A DNA stretch of 64,000 nucleotides from Takakia lepidozioides. Lineage: Eukaryota; Plantae; Bryophyta. The DNA lies in assembly GCA_030704615.1 (NCBI GenBank), contig CM060733.1:14198001-14262000 (forward strand). Reading direction: 5' to 3'. A model generated the notes under the pieces. It did no database searches. It saw only the letters and a program-made list of their open reading frames with translations, and was not told where the DNA came from. Within the stretch, counting starts at the first letter, position 1, and every line of letters starts with the position of its first letter. Below are positions 1-13,477 of this stretch, piece by piece. The translations under genes were made by a program, and so were the position numbers.

Positions 1-530
1 TACATCTACCCAAATGTCAGCCAAAAAAAAAAAAAAACTCAAAAATCAGAACAGAAATGATGATCGTCGATGATCATCACGACATCTACCCAAATATAAA
101 AATATAAAAATGAAATAAAATAAAAACTCAAAAACAGAGCGGAAGTGATAATCGTCGACAATCATGACATCTACCCAAATGTCGGCCAAAACAAAAAAAA
201 AACAAAAACTCAAAAATCAGAGGAGAAATGATAATCATCGACGATCATCCTGACATTTATCTAAATACAATTTTTTTGAAATAAAATAAAATAAAATAAA
301 AACTCAAAAGCAGAGCGGAAGTGGTGATTGTTGACGATCATGACATCTACCCAAATGTCGGCCCACAAATAATTTATTTTTTATTTTTATTTTTAACTCA
401 AAAATCAGAGCAGAAGTGATGATCGTCGACGATCGTGATATCTATCCAAATGCCGCATTTAAAAAGAAAACACCCAAAAATCAGAGCAGAAATGATGATG
501 GCTATCATCATGACATCTATCCAAATCAAA
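1..530. repeat. Degenerate tandem array (~60-90 bp units) with palindromic GATCGTCGACGATC cores and variable A/T tracts
   Basis: Recurring gacatctacccaaat...aactcaaaaatcagagcagaa(g/a)tgatgatcgtcgacgatc, about 7 copies; runs off the window start. Confidence 0.85.
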
Positions 531-2129
531 AATATAATAAAATATAAAATTGGTTAAAATCAGAGCCCAAATGTAGGATTCGCTATCCGAAGTCGCTTCA
601 TAAAGCCAGAAAGGAGCTGCTTTTGATGGTCATCCATTTCCTGTGTGATTGCCAATTCCACACCTTTCGTAATTACCATCTCCTCTAAGGTTGTTGCGTA
701 ATACTCTACTTTTCTTCTCTCACATATATCAGCAATTTTTTTGCTGCAAAGAAAGGAACCATTGCAATGAATGCACATAAAAATATGTATATATCCTCGG
801 AAATTGGGAAACAAAGTTTTTACAGAATGTATTTCTCTTCTGGATGTTACATATCTCCGTGGATATAGGTGTACACGGTATTAAGCCCAACATCTTCCAC
901 AATTCTGGCGGGTAGACTGTGAGCCACATGGTGTGAGCTCGGGCTCACACGTTCACGGGGTCACGCTCATGTTCTAACATTCCCCCCTATGTCTTGAACA
1001 AATTTACATTATTTGGACCTATTAACCTTGATTATTATTCATAATTGAGAGGCGTATGGTAGCAACAAGAGAGGCGGTCCCTCTTTCTATGGCTTGTCTG
1101 GATTTCTCTTTCAGCACTCATTGTGGTGTAAACCATTTTGTCAATGATCATCTGCTCAATTTGTCATATGAGCCGTAAATTTTTCCAGATTTGTTGTAAA
1201 AAGCCCTGAGATAATGCAAGGCTCTGCTCAAGCTATGATGTCCTTTTACAGCTGCATAGATGGGAGGCTAGAGATGATAAGCAAACCAGTTGGTGTATTT
1301 TCCTCTTGTTTTTTATATCTTGAATGATCATGGTCATTTTCTCCTTGCTTGATTTGCAATGTCGCTTTGTTATATTCAGTCTTAGGTTGTCCAACTGTCG
1401 CTTCAGAATCTTTGAATTTTTCTCTCCAATGATCTCATACGAATCTGTTGTCCAATAACCGAGTCTGCTAGGTATTTCAATGCAAATTCACTTTTCTCAT
1501 TGCTTACTCTTTGGAACATTGTAGTAAAAATTGTTTGCTTGTGCGTCATGATGTTGGATCTACATAAATCACTTCACAAAGTGCTATAACCCCCAACCTG
1601 TCACTATGGAAACTTAACAAACTACAACAATGGACAACAAAAACCCAAAGATCAAGAACAATTGTAAAATTGTTCATCCACATCAAATACGATCGAACAT
1701 CTATGAGGATGACTGTTCAATGAATTTAAGTTGCATGACAGAAATTTGTAGAAAACTTTTGGGCGGATTATCAAGATTAATATTTTTTTAAATATAAAAA
1801 ATATAAAATGACATTGAACCTTTTTTTTTTTAAAAATAAGTATTCCGGTAGAGGCTTGACGAACTGCATAGGCAAGTACGGCTATACCATTGTTATCTCC
1901 AACTCTATAATTGTATCATTACCAACTTTTACAACCCTGCTTCCCGCTTGACCTCTCTTTAGCCTTCCTTCTACAATATTCATTCCTGCATTGCAGATCT
2001 ATACAGTAATCTGGATCAACTAAACAAGTTCCTACGAAAAGAGAGAGTGAAAGCTAAAAAAGAACTAGTGAAAGGAACTTTGCATATTTTTTTGTCAAGT
2101 GAGAAGAAACTCTTAGAAGGTACTGGAAG

Positions 2130-2400
2130 AGGAGATAAGCTCCTAGAAGCTCCTGATAGAAAGCCACTAGCGGAAAGCTCTTGGCAGAAAACTACTGGCG
2201 GGAAGTTTCTAGAATTAGCTACTGGTGGAAAGCTATTGACATGAAGTTCCTAGAATTAGCTCGTGGTGGAAAGCTATTGGCAGGAAGTTTCTAGAAGCTC
2301 GTGGTGGAAAGCTATTGGCGGGAATTTTTTGGAAGCTCGTGGTGGAAATCTACTTGGGGAAGCTCTTGCCATCTGGCGGGGACTATGGAGATGTGGCCTC
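2130..2400. repeat. Minisatellite (~35-40 bp units)
   Basis: Recurring gaagtttctagaa(ttag)ctcgtggtggaaagctattgg. Confidence 0.75.
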
Positions 2401-2659
2401 CAGATTGTCTAGATTATCTAGAATTAGTTTTTTAGTGGGAATTGTGACCTCCAAGTTGTCTAAATTTTGTAATTTTAATTATATTGTTATGATTTTTTTT
2501 AGTCCATAATTTGTTAACCTCAGCTATAAATTTTGAGATATATCAAAAATTATAGTTGAAATTTTATTTTGATAGAATATGTTTATATTATATAATCATA
2601 ATAATATTTTTTGATGGCTATTAATATGTAATTATAATTGTTTTGTTTTTTTAATTGAA

Positions 2660-5600
2660 ATGAATTCCTCATCCCAGGCCTCGCTACCATCCCTTGCAAT
2701 CATTCCGTGCATCATCGCCTCGTCCTTCACCGTTTCCCTGGTACCTTAAGAATCATTTTGAACCATCATAATCCCGCAACCCTCCACAAACCATCCCCCA
2801 AAACCTTCAGCTTTCGCCTCGGCAACCAATGAACAGCTCTCCTTCATCCCCAGCTCCTGTGCCAATGGAAGGTAACTGTCCCCTCTTAATGATGAGCTGC
2901 CATGCAACTACGCCTTTCCTTATCCTCCATGTTTAGCCCCCCGCCATCCAATCAAGTCCCCCCCTCTTCCATCTAACTTATGAACGCCGTCAAGCCTTGG
3001 CTTCATCCACCAGGCTGCTGCCACCTTCACTAATTACCTACTCATTTGGTCCCCTCATAGCGCTTGTGAAGCCCCGCTTCCTCCATCTATCAGTGTCCAC
3101 CTTCGAGTCTTCCCCGGCTTTTTGCGTCTAACTTGTTTCATATCCCTCTTCCATTTCCTCTAATCCAGAGTGCTCCCACCTTCCCTCAATCACCGTCTTT
3201 GCTACAACTTCACCTGGCATTACTCTCTCCCTTGCTTCTCCATCCATGGGTCCTCAGCTCAACAGAGTCCTCAAGTCAGCTCCCTCAAGTCAGATCCTTC
3301 AAGGTCAGGACCTTACGGACTAGGAGGAATCCATCGCATGCAGCCATCAACAGGCACAGGCTTCTATATGGCACACAGTGCTCAATCCAGGGGTTTAATC
3401 TACCCAGTCTCCTCAAGCTCCAATCTCCCACCCGCTCCTCCATCGGCCCTCGGTTCCATAGTTCAACCAATTCCAGCTTCGGAGATTGGCAACATAACCA
3501 GCCCCAACAGTTCCTCGGACGCTGACCCAATGGAAGGATCGCCTGCAGAAATAGCTGCAGTACAGAGGGCGCTTAACAGGGAGCATGATCACCCTCTTGT
3601 TGACGTCGAACTCACCTACGTCGACTCGAACGCAGAAGATATCAAAAGCAAAGGGGTGCTGCTGCACTTCCCTGGCAAGAAGGTTGACAGGAATCACGCG
3701 CGGGATTGGGCAATAAGGCATCTAGGGGTACTGGCGATCTGAACCATTATTTTTGTCAAGCACGAGGAAGGGGGTTTTTCTCCATCTTATTGGATTCTCC
3801 AGAGGCGGCGGATAAAGCACTCTCCTTTAATCCCCATCTACATGGATTCAACGTCAATATCTTCCCATGGTTCAAGGATATGGGCAACAAAAACGGAAAA
3901 ATATGGAGTCCAAGGATCTTGACGCTTCCGTACATCCCTGATCAATATCTCTTTATTTCTAGGATGTCTGGCCATGTTTGATCCCAGCATGTGTACCCGA
4001 TCCTTGAGGGAACAACCAGCATGGAGGGGCGCCACAATTGCATCAAGGCCTCGTGAAAACGGATTTCCAAAAATTGTTGTAATGATGCCTATTGACACAA
4101 TTCTGCCAGAATTTATCAGGCTGCCCATTGACAAAATGTGAAATTACTTCTCTGTCAAATTGTCCGAGGATACCTCCTCCACAGCTTGTTACTACTGCGG
4201 GGTTTCAGGGCACCTCAAAGCAGAATGCCCCAAAGCAAAAAGGAAAAGAGATAATACTATCCCGTTGGGTGCTGAGCAATCTCATTCTACTCGGAGTCTT
4301 CCTCTCATGTCTAACTCGGTCCCTGGCGGACGGCAGTCTTCAGCTATTCCCTCATATAAGATCTACAATGTCCCACCTATAGCAACAGACTGCCAGGAAG
4401 GAGCTACGGATGCCCAACAAATATCTATCTCCCCTCCCGCCAAGAAAAGGAAGGATTTGTTGGACCCTATGCTACTTGAAGCCTCTTCGAAATCTGCTAT
4501 CAGGGAAACCAAATTCAAGGGGATCATCGAATGGGAAATTGAGGCCGCAACAAAGAAGGGAACACCTGACGCCTCCACCTCCAGGATTCTAAAGATGCAG
4601 CCAATCGTCCAGCACACCAGGCCCCTCCCATGGCCCTCTGCCATTGCTCACAACCCTGTTATTGCAAAAATCTGCGCGAAACTGAAATCCTTCCCTTCCC
4701 TGGCCCCTAGGGGATGCTCGCTCCCAGGGTTCGACCCTTAGCTGGATCCGGGGGCCACATGCCTCACTCCACTGATCTTCAGGAGGAAGCCAAGCCCGGC
4801 TTTCTTACCAGACCGCATGCATATGGACTCAATTTGGATCACAACAACGGATGTGCAGAATTTCATAGCAAAATGCCTCATGGACAGCAGTCCAATCCCA
4901 GCAGTGTGCAACAAAATCAGTGACTATTTCCTCTCCTCTTATCCACTTTTCACCTTGGCCTCACCCTCGGTGATTACATGGGGCACCTACGTGGAGGCAT
5001 TTCTTGGGTTAAGTCAAGATCTCGCTCCAAATACCCACATCCTCGCGGTAATGGAAGAAGAACACCTTCAAGGCAGTGGCGGCACTACACCCGGGGTCTG
5101 GGCAGAACCCGCTCATTTCGACAAACCATGCGCGATTATTAAAACACTGGCAAGAGCACGAGACATTATCCACAATGCTTTCACGATTCTGTATGCAATC
5201 TTGGAGACCGAAAGAGATGCAGAAAATGAAGCAATTGAAAGCAGACGCCTCTCAGAGACAATCAATCCCACACGACCCCTTCGGACTTATCCTAGAGGGA
5301 AAGGTCTCTTCAAGTTAAATACCTCTCACCTCCGCATTCCTTCATTCATTGAAGGTCTTAAGAAAACATGGTTGTCTATTGGGAATGATCTGGAATGCCC
5401 AGTGCTTCGTTTTCAGGCTAAGCTCAACGCAACCTGTAAAGACAGCCAGCAGCACAACAAAGACATCACCGAGGCCCAGAAAAGGAAAGCTCTGGCCCTC
5501 AAAAGGTGCCTAGGAATCTGCTAGAAAAGAATTGAAGCTAATGCTTGCGATGAGCATACGTACCAAACCTACCTGGAAGCCAGACTTAACCTAGAAAGTT

Positions 5601-6912
5601 ATCATGTCATGTCCAGAAGGAAAAAAAGATGAAGATTCAAGCAGGCATAAACTGGTCCACCAAGGGTGAGAAAATGTCCAAGTACTTTTTCCAAAAAATG
5701 AAGCAAAGAAGGGCCCTTCAAGCCATCTCTGAACTCTACACAGATGAAAGGGGGGCTAAATTGTCTAATCCTAGAGACATGTGTACTTCAGCTTTCTAGC
5801 ACTTCCAATCCTTGTTCAAAGCTGATGACAGGGACCCCCTCTACCACATCCGCTTGGAAGAATGTCTCAGAACTATTCCCCGCTCAATCCATTCCTCATG
5901 CCGCTCAGCCTTGGAGGAGCAGTTCACCGCCAAGGAACTAGGGGATGCCCTAAATCACATGAAAAAAGACAAGGCACCGGGGATAGATGGAATGCCCATA
6001 GAGTTGTACAAGGCAGTATATTGGGCCTCAATCTCGTTGGATTTTTGTAACATGGCCAACGCCATTAAATCATCAGGTCACATGCCTGAATCAATGACCC
6101 AGGGTGTTATTAGGTCCTTGCTGCACAAAAAAAAAGACAGGGCTTGCATAGGTAATTACCGACCTATCACCCTCCTCAATGTGGCCTACAAGATCATTGC
6201 AAAATGCCTGGCCTTGCGCATTCAGCCTCTGCTCCCCTCCACGATTAGAACAGGGCAATTCATCAAAGGAAGATATATCCTAGATAATGTTCTTTTGGCA
6301 CAAGAAGTATCAGACTACGCAAAAACAACCAACTAGGCATTGGCCCTATGGCTCCTGGATTTTGAGAAGGCCTTTGACAGGGTCGACTGGTCTTTCCTTC
6401 TAGCCGTTCTACGTAAAGCAGGGCTCCCTGATGGCTTCTGCCAGTGGGTCCATATCCTTCTTCATGGGGCCTCTGGTAGAGTCACAATCAATGGTCACCT
6501 GTCTAGACCATTTCCACTGCAGAGATCGGTAAGGGAGGGTTGCCCACTTGCCCCTTTCCTCTTTCTTTTTGTGGCGGATGCTCTAGGCTATATGTTGGAT
6601 AACAACTTCCAGGTTAAGGGTTTGAGACTGCAAAATCCAAAAACACAGGCTTGGAGAGAGGTTTGTTGACGACAACTTTCTTCTTCAAGAGGCAACCTCG
6701 GAAACCTTAGCAGCAACAGAACAAACTCTCATGAGGTTTTGTGGAGTCTCGGGCTTCAGAGTTAACTAGTCCAAGACCAAGGCATTGCTCGTGGGAGACC
6801 TATCTAAATCAGCCATAAGGGGGGTCGCCCACATGGGGCAACCATGCTCAAAGAGGGTGAGTTAACTACACTGCTAGGTCACACTTTTGGCATCAACCTA
6901 ACAGAGGCCCTC
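2660..6912 (+). mobile_element. Decayed non-LTR retrotransposon (L1/Tx1-type LINE), 3'-truncated
   Basis: ORF1 zinc knuckle CYYCGVSGHLKAEC (~4185-4228). RT motifs KAPGIDGMPIELYK, NYRPITLLNVAYKIIAK, LLDFEKAFDRVDW, SVREGCPLAPFLF and FVDD (6662-6673, frameshifted). Many stops and frameshifts; boundaries approximate. Confidence 0.92.
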
Positions 6913-6939
6913 TAAATCATTTTATTTAGTAAAAATGCA

Positions 6940-8050
6940 GTTCAATTCAAAATTGGATGAAAGGGTGAACGGAAACTTCCCCGATGAAATGATATTTTAT
7001 TGCTCCGAAACTTTGCAAGTGTCTTCTACATGCCCTCTTACACGTCTTTGAGAAGTATGACATCAATCTAAAATGGTTTAAAGGGTGAACCAATCGTCCC
7101 CCTACCAAATGATTTAAAATTGATTTGAAACTTTGCAAGTGTCTTGTACATGCCCTCTTACAGGTCTTTCACAAGTTTCAAATCAATCTAAAATGGTTAA
7201 AAGGGTGAATCAATCATGAACATATCAAATGATTTTGGAGTGCTTTAAAGCTTTGCAAGTGTCTTTCACATGCCATTTTAAAGGTACCGGACAAGTATGA
7301 GGTTAGTAAAATATGGTTGAAAGGGTGAACCAATTGTTCCCCTATCAAATGATTTTACATTGCTTTGAAGCTTTGCAAGTGTCAGCCGCATGCCCTCCTA
7401 CAAGTACCGGACAAGTATGATGTGAATAAAAAATGGTTGAAAGGGTGAATCAATCATTCCGCTATCAAATGATTTTATATTGTTTTGGATGTCATTGCTT
7501 TGGTAATTCTAGCCCCCCATTGTAACCCTTGAATTACAATTCAAAATGCAATTCAAGCCCTTAAAATTGGTATTGCCAGTCCCTAAAATGACCAACCCCG
7601 GCCGCCCCTCAACTGTAATTTGAGCCCTTGAAATTGTCAATTCCAACCCCTCAAATTGCAATTGAAGCCCCTGAAATTTAATTCCAACCCCTCAAATTGC
7701 ACTTCTAGCCCCTGAAATGACAATTCCCGCTCGTCAAATTCCAACTGTAGCCTGTGAAATGGCAATTGTTAGTGCAGCCCCTGAAATTGGCAATTGAAGC
7801 CCCTGGAATGGCAGTTTCAGCCCCTCAAATTGCAAGTCCAACCCCTCAAATTGGCAATTCGAGCTCCATAAATGGCAATTTCAGCCCCTGAAATTGGCTA
7901 TGGGTGAACCAATCATTCCCCTGCCAAATGATTTTGGTTCATTTGAAACTTTGCGAGTGTCTTGTACATGCCCTCTTAAAGTTACTGGACAAGTATGATG
8001 TCAATGTTAAATGGTTCGAAGGGTGAACCAACAGTTTCCCTGTTAGATGA
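6940..8050 (+). repeat. 120-bp tandem array (about 4.5 units, plus one more unit after an interrupting minisatellite)
   Basis: aagggtgaa recurs at 6961, 7081, 7201, 7321 and 7441; a further unit at ~7901-8030. Confidence 0.92.
7500..7900. repeat. ~21-22 bp minisatellite
   Basis: Recurring (a/g)cccct(c/g)aaatt(g)gcaatt, about 18 copies. Confidence 0.85.
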
Positions 8051-8069
8051 TTCATGATTAATCGTTAAC

Positions 8070-11000
8070 AATTGATCTCATATTACACTGGGACCTATCA
8101 GAGGGTACATTGAACACACTCGCCAAGTCTCAAAATGAACGAAAATCATTTGGATGGGCAACCATCCGTCGGCCCATTGAACGAATTTCGATTGATCTCA
8201 TATTACTCTGGGGCCTCTTCCATGGCACATTGAACATACTGGCCAAGTCTCAAAGCGAACCAAAATCATCTCGATGGCCAACCATCCGTTGAGCCATCGA
8301 ATGAATTTTGATTGATCTGATATTAGTCTGGGACCTGTGAGAGGGTGTCTCGAACGTACTGGCAAAGTTTGGAAGCAAACAAAAATGATTTGGATGGGCA
8401 ACCATCCGTTCACCCGTTGAATGTATTCCGCTGGATCTGCTATTGCTTTGGGACCTGTTGGACTGTGTTTCGCGTGCTCACGATTTTTTTTTCATTCGAT
8501 TTTTGAATGGGGCGTGTAATGTAGCCATATGCAACGTGCGTGCCAAATTTGGGAGCGAACATAATTCATTTGGACCCAAAACCACAGTTTCTTCCCTGTT
8601 TTGCACTCCAAACTTGATTTGTGTTCAACTTCATGCGCTCTTCATAGAGAGTTCTGCAATAGTGAGCGAAAGAGAACACTTTTTTTTTGGGGCATTTTTG
8701 ATTGGTCCGAATTTTGGCGGGGGAGTAGTGGTGGGATGTTGGAGGCCGCAGAACAAAATTGAGCCAAAAACAAAATCGATACATGCCAGAAACCCCCAAT
8801 GAAAGGTAGTGCAAACCTATTTATTGGCTTAAAATTAATTTGAATTCAATTACATTATGGAATGGCTTGGTGTCGATGGGGAGGCAAATGATTTATTCGT
8901 CTGTTGTGTCTCCGCACATGTGTCGCACACATGTTCAAACACATGCGGGCTAAAGAGGGGCTTCAACCACATCCGTTCAATGGGTGCAATAGCCGTGCAC
9001 GCATTGCAGGATTTCTTTTTCGCAATGAACAAAAACCAGATGACAACTGAACGCCTCATTGGCCCATCGAACAAATTTCGATTCATCTCATATTACACTG
9101 GGACCCATCAGAGGGTACATTGAACACACTCGCCAAGTCTCAAAACGAACGAAAATCATTTGGATGGGCAACCATCCGTCGGCCCATTGAACGAATTTTG
9201 ATTGATCTCATATTACTCAGGGGCCTCTTCCATGGCACATTGAACATACTGGCCAAGTCTCAAAGCGAACCAAAATCATCTCGATGGCCAACCATCCGTT
9301 GAGCCATCGAATGAATTTCAATTGATCTGATATTAGTCCGGGACCTGTGAGATGGTGTCTCGAACGTACTGGCAAAGTTTGGAAGCAAACAAAAATGATT
9401 TGGATGGGCAACCATCCGTTCACCCGTTGAATATATTCCGCTGGATCTGCTATTGCTTTGGGACCTGTTGGACTGTGTTTCGCGTGCTCACGATTTTTTT
9501 TTCATTCGATTTTTGAATGGGGCGTGTAATGTAGCCATATGCAACGTGCGTGCCAAATTTGGGAGCGAACATAATTCATTTGGACCCAAAACCACAGTTT
9601 CTTCCCTGTTTTGCACTCCAAACTTGATTTGTGTTCAACTTCATGCGCTCTTCATAGAGAGTTCTGCAATAGTGAGCGAAAGAGAACACTTTTTTTTTGG
9701 GGCATTTTTGATTGGTCCGAATTTTGGCGGGGGAGTAGTGGTGGGATGTTGGAAGCCGCAAAACGAAATTGAGCAAAAAAAAAATCGATACGTGCCAGAA
9801 ACTCCCAATGAAAGGCTGTGCAAACCTATTTATTGGCTTAAAATTAATTTGAATTCAATTACATTATGGAATGGCTTGGTGTCGATGGGGAGGCAAATGA
9901 TTTATTCGTCTGTTGTGTCTCCGCACATGTGTCGCACACATGTTCAAGCACATGCGGGCAAAAGAGGGGCTTCAACCACATCCGTTCAATGGGTGCAATA
10001 GCCGTGTACGCATTGCAGGATTTCTTTTTTTGCAATGAACAAAAACCAGATGACAATTGAACGCCTCATTGGCCCATTGAACAAATTTCGATTGATCTCA
10101 TATTACACAGGGACCCATTAGAGGGTACATTGAACACACTCGCCAAGTCTCAAAACGAACGAAAATCATTTGGATGGGCAACCATCCGTCGGCCCATTGA
10201 ACGAATTTCGATTGATCTCATATTACTCTGGGGCCTCTTCCATGGCACATTGAACATACTGGCCAAGTCTCAAAGCGAACCAAAATCATCTCGATGGCCA
10301 ACCATCCGTTGAGCCATCGAATGAATTTCAATTGATCTGATATTAGTCCGGGACCTGTGAGAGGGTGTCTCGAACGTATTGGCAAAGTTTGGAAGCAAAC
10401 AAAAATGATTTGGATGGGCAACCATCCGTTCACCCGTTGAATGTATTCCGTTGGATCTGCTATTGCTTTGGGACCTGTTGGACTAGGTTTCGCGTGCTCA
10501 CGATTTTTTTTTCATTCGGTTTTTGAATGGGGCGTGTAATGTAGCCATATGCAACGTGCGTGCCAAATTTGGGAGCGAACATAATTCATTTGGACCCAAA
10601 ACCACCGTTTCTTCCCTGTTTTGCACTCCAAACTTGATTTGTGTTCAACTTCATGCATTCTTCATAGAGAGTTTTTGCAATAGTGAGTGAAAGAGAACAT
10701 TTTTTTTTTGGGGCATTTTTGATTGGTCCGAATTTTGGCGGGGGAGTAGTGGTGGGATGTTGGAAGCCGCAAAACGAAATTGAGCAAAAAAAAAATCGAT
10801 ACGTGCCAGAAACTCCCAATGAAAGGCTGTGCAAACCTATTCATTGGCTTAAAATTAATTTGAATTCAATTACATTATGGAATGGCTTGGTGTCGATGGG
10901 GAGGCAAATGATTTATTCGTATGTTGTGTCTTCGCACATGTGTCGCACACATGTTCAAGCACATGCGGGCAAAAGAGGGGCTTCAACCACATCCGTTCAA

Positions 11001-11345
11001 TGGGTGCAATAGCCGTGCACGCATTGCAGGATTTCTTTTTCGCAATGAACAAAAACTAGATGACAACTGAACGCCTCATTGGCCCATCGACCGAATTTCG
11101 ATTGATCTCATATTACTCTGGGGCCTCTTCCATGGCACATTGAACATACTGGCCAAGTCTCAAAGCGAACCAAAATCATCTCGATGGCCAACCATCCGTT
11201 GAACCATCGAATGAATTTTGATTGATCTGATATTACTCCAGGACCTGTGAGAGGGTGTCTCAAACGTACTTGCAAAGTTTGGAAGGAAACAAAAATGATT
11301 TGGATGGGCAACCATCCGTTCACCCGTTGAATGTATTCCGTTGGA
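8070..11345. repeat. 1010-bp tandem macro-repeat (3 units plus a partial), each unit containing three 120-bp sub-repeats
   Basis: Near-identical ORF-track entries at 8110, 9120 and 10130 give a 1010-bp period; the last partial unit has two sub-repeats. Confidence 0.96.
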
Positions 11346-11766
11346 TCGTTGGCATGCGACCTTCAGCTACAAGTGTTCTCGTAACAAACTTGTCCATGGT
11401 TTGCCTCAGATTCCATGTGGCATCATGGGCCCGGTCCTCCATCCATTTCGTGAACTGGAACTTCGTCATGTCCTTCTCCCATTCATCCCCGGCCAAAGCC
11501 TCCCTCATTCTCATCTCCATATTGTGCTGGAATCTAAGGAACCCCTCATTCCCATGTCGGACATACAAAAGATTCAAACGCATTATGTCATTGTCCTTCA
11601 AATAATCCAGCACTACTTGCTTCACTACCTTCGCGGCCTCTGCGCTTGGATAGTCTTTTTTGTTGACCTGACTATCCCGTTCATGTGCATGTTTACGCTT
11701 CCTACCTTTACGCCCACTTCTCGAGGAACCCCCTGACACTGCGTTCGAAGCAACGTTTCCGGACAT
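11320..11766 (-). CDS. Unknown protein fragment with basic NLS-like tract, probably transposon-encoded; 3' end runs into the repeat array
   Basis: Open frame MSGNVASN...GRKGRKRKH...KFQFTKWMEDRAHDATWNLR; the final codons (QRNTFNG*) come from the 120-bp repeat. Confidence 0.45.
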   Translation of the reverse strand: MSGNVASNAVSGGSSRSGRKGRKRKHAHERDSQVNKKDYPSAEAAKVVKQVVLDYLKDNDIMRLNLLYVRHGNEGFLRFQHNMEMRMREALAGDEWEKDMTKFQFTKWMEDRAHDATWNLRQTMDKFVTRTLVAEGRMPTIQRNTFNG

Positions 11767-12879
11767 GATGAAAGTACTCTGCGGAATAGACGCGGCTTCG
11801 TAACGGAAAACTAAACCCAAACTATTGATAACCTTATATACTAGCAGACCAATTTCCTCACCTTCTATTGGTATAGTACCCAAAGCAAACTGTCGCGCAC
11901 CTCACTCGGTAAGCTCCCCTTCAAGTCATAGTTACTCGCTTTGATGCGCGCGCCTAACTCCCAACCTGGCCGCCGGGCCAACTTGGAGCTTCGGCTGCTC
12001 ACCGGGGCATAACGGTCACCCTTTGATCTCCCAAGAACCCTCCACCGATTTGGGCCCAGCGGGAATTCCCTTTGGTAGTTGGCAGTCCGGAACAGCTCCC
12101 CACTCTTTGGTCGCTTTCTGGCTCGCTCGCTTACTCACTAGTTATTGGTCACCAACGGGCTTGCACCGTTCTCGGGGTTACTACTCCCTATATATACTTC
12201 TGTAGCTGTCCGCGGGGGTTTCACAACCAGCCATGCCATTTTATGGCGAACCACCACGAAAACCCTCGACTCCCGGTGATGAGTCGCGGTGAGTCTTGGC
12301 CCACTCACCACGGCCCCTATGGACCGTGATGAGTCCCAAGACTCCCCACGACTCCCACCACGAGGTCTCCGCCCCCATGGTGAGTCCTATGCCACCCCCA
12401 CTAAGTCCCGCTAAGCTACCACCACCCCTTTGTGAAGCCACCCCCACCGCATCCCGGTGTGCGGGGCTCCACCTAGTGAGCACCTCCGCCTCCTTGAGTG
12501 CCTTGGGCACTCAAGGGTGCTTCAGCCCCCCGTACCTATCGTTGCCACTGCCCCCACCACAGGGGCAGCCCCTCATGTGTCCCGACCCTGCCCTCAAGGC
12601 AAAGGGCCGCGACATAAACTCTCTCGCAGTCCCAGGAAAAAAAGGCAAAAACTCATCCCCCACACAAATCCACTTTCTCCCCCCCCCACGCTCAGTCCTG
12701 GCCACCGAAGTTCAAACTCCAAGAAGCCCCAGAACCGCACTCACAGAGAGGGAAAAAAGTGGGTTGGGAATGAGGGGTAGGCCCTTATATACTGCTTCGA
12801 GAGGCGTGACGTGCGACCGCCTTTGCTGTCCATTCACGCCTCGCCACGTGTCCAGGGAGCGGTCGCACCTAATAACAAA

Positions 12880-13325
12880 AAAGAAAAAGTCTGCGACCAT
12901 CACCGGCTGGTGGTCGCACCCATTTAAAAAATAATTAAAAATGTGCGACCATCCCCTGCTGGTGGTCGCACCCATTTAAAAAATAATTAAAAATGTGCGA
13001 CCATCCTCTGCTGGTGGTCGCACCTATTTAAAAAAAATGAAAAAGTTGTGACCACCACCTGCTGGTGGTCGCACCTATTTAAAAAAATATAATAAAAATT
13101 GCGACCATGGTCGCACCCAATTTTTTTTTTTAAAATAAAATGTGCGACCACCCTCTGCTTATGGTCGCACCTATTAAAAAAAAATGAAAATGCTGCGACC
13201 ACCACCTGCTGGTGGTCGCACCCATTTAAAAAATAAGAAAAACTGTGCGACCACCCCCTTCTGGTGGTCGCACCTATTTAAAAAAAATAAAAAATTGTCT
13301 GACCAACCTTTGCTGACGGTCGCAT
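12880..13325. repeat. Array of ~8 palindromic units TGCGACCACC-N(5-7)-GGTGGTCGCA separated by A-rich spacers (~55-60 bp period)
   Basis: e.g. tgcgaccaccacctgctggtggtcgca at 13194-13220; resembles DNA-transposon subterminal repeats. Confidence 0.9.
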
Positions 13326-13477
13326 GATTGACAATATAAATCATAATATATGAATTTTACAGATAATTAATGAAGTCCACGTAATGAGGCCACATCGGTT
13401 GCCACGTCGGTTCTCATAGTAAATAGTCAATAGTAAAGTAAAAAATAAGTATATTTATGTACAGTAACGTCAGTTTA

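Noticed and set aside
560-1550. Possible decayed - strand coding region
   Set aside because: Fragmented frames and no identifiable family
8110-11323. Many 60-180 aa ORFs and a possible 40-aa repeat protein
   Set aside because: They arise from the tandem repeat; frames and stops vary between near-identical units
12296-12934. 212-aa Pro-rich ORF
   Set aside because: Low-complexity GC-rich sequence open in several frames and ending in the repeat array
12880-13325. CRISPR-like repeat-spacer array
   Set aside because: Spacers are similar A-rich tracts rather than unique sequences, there are no cas genes, and the context is eukaryotic
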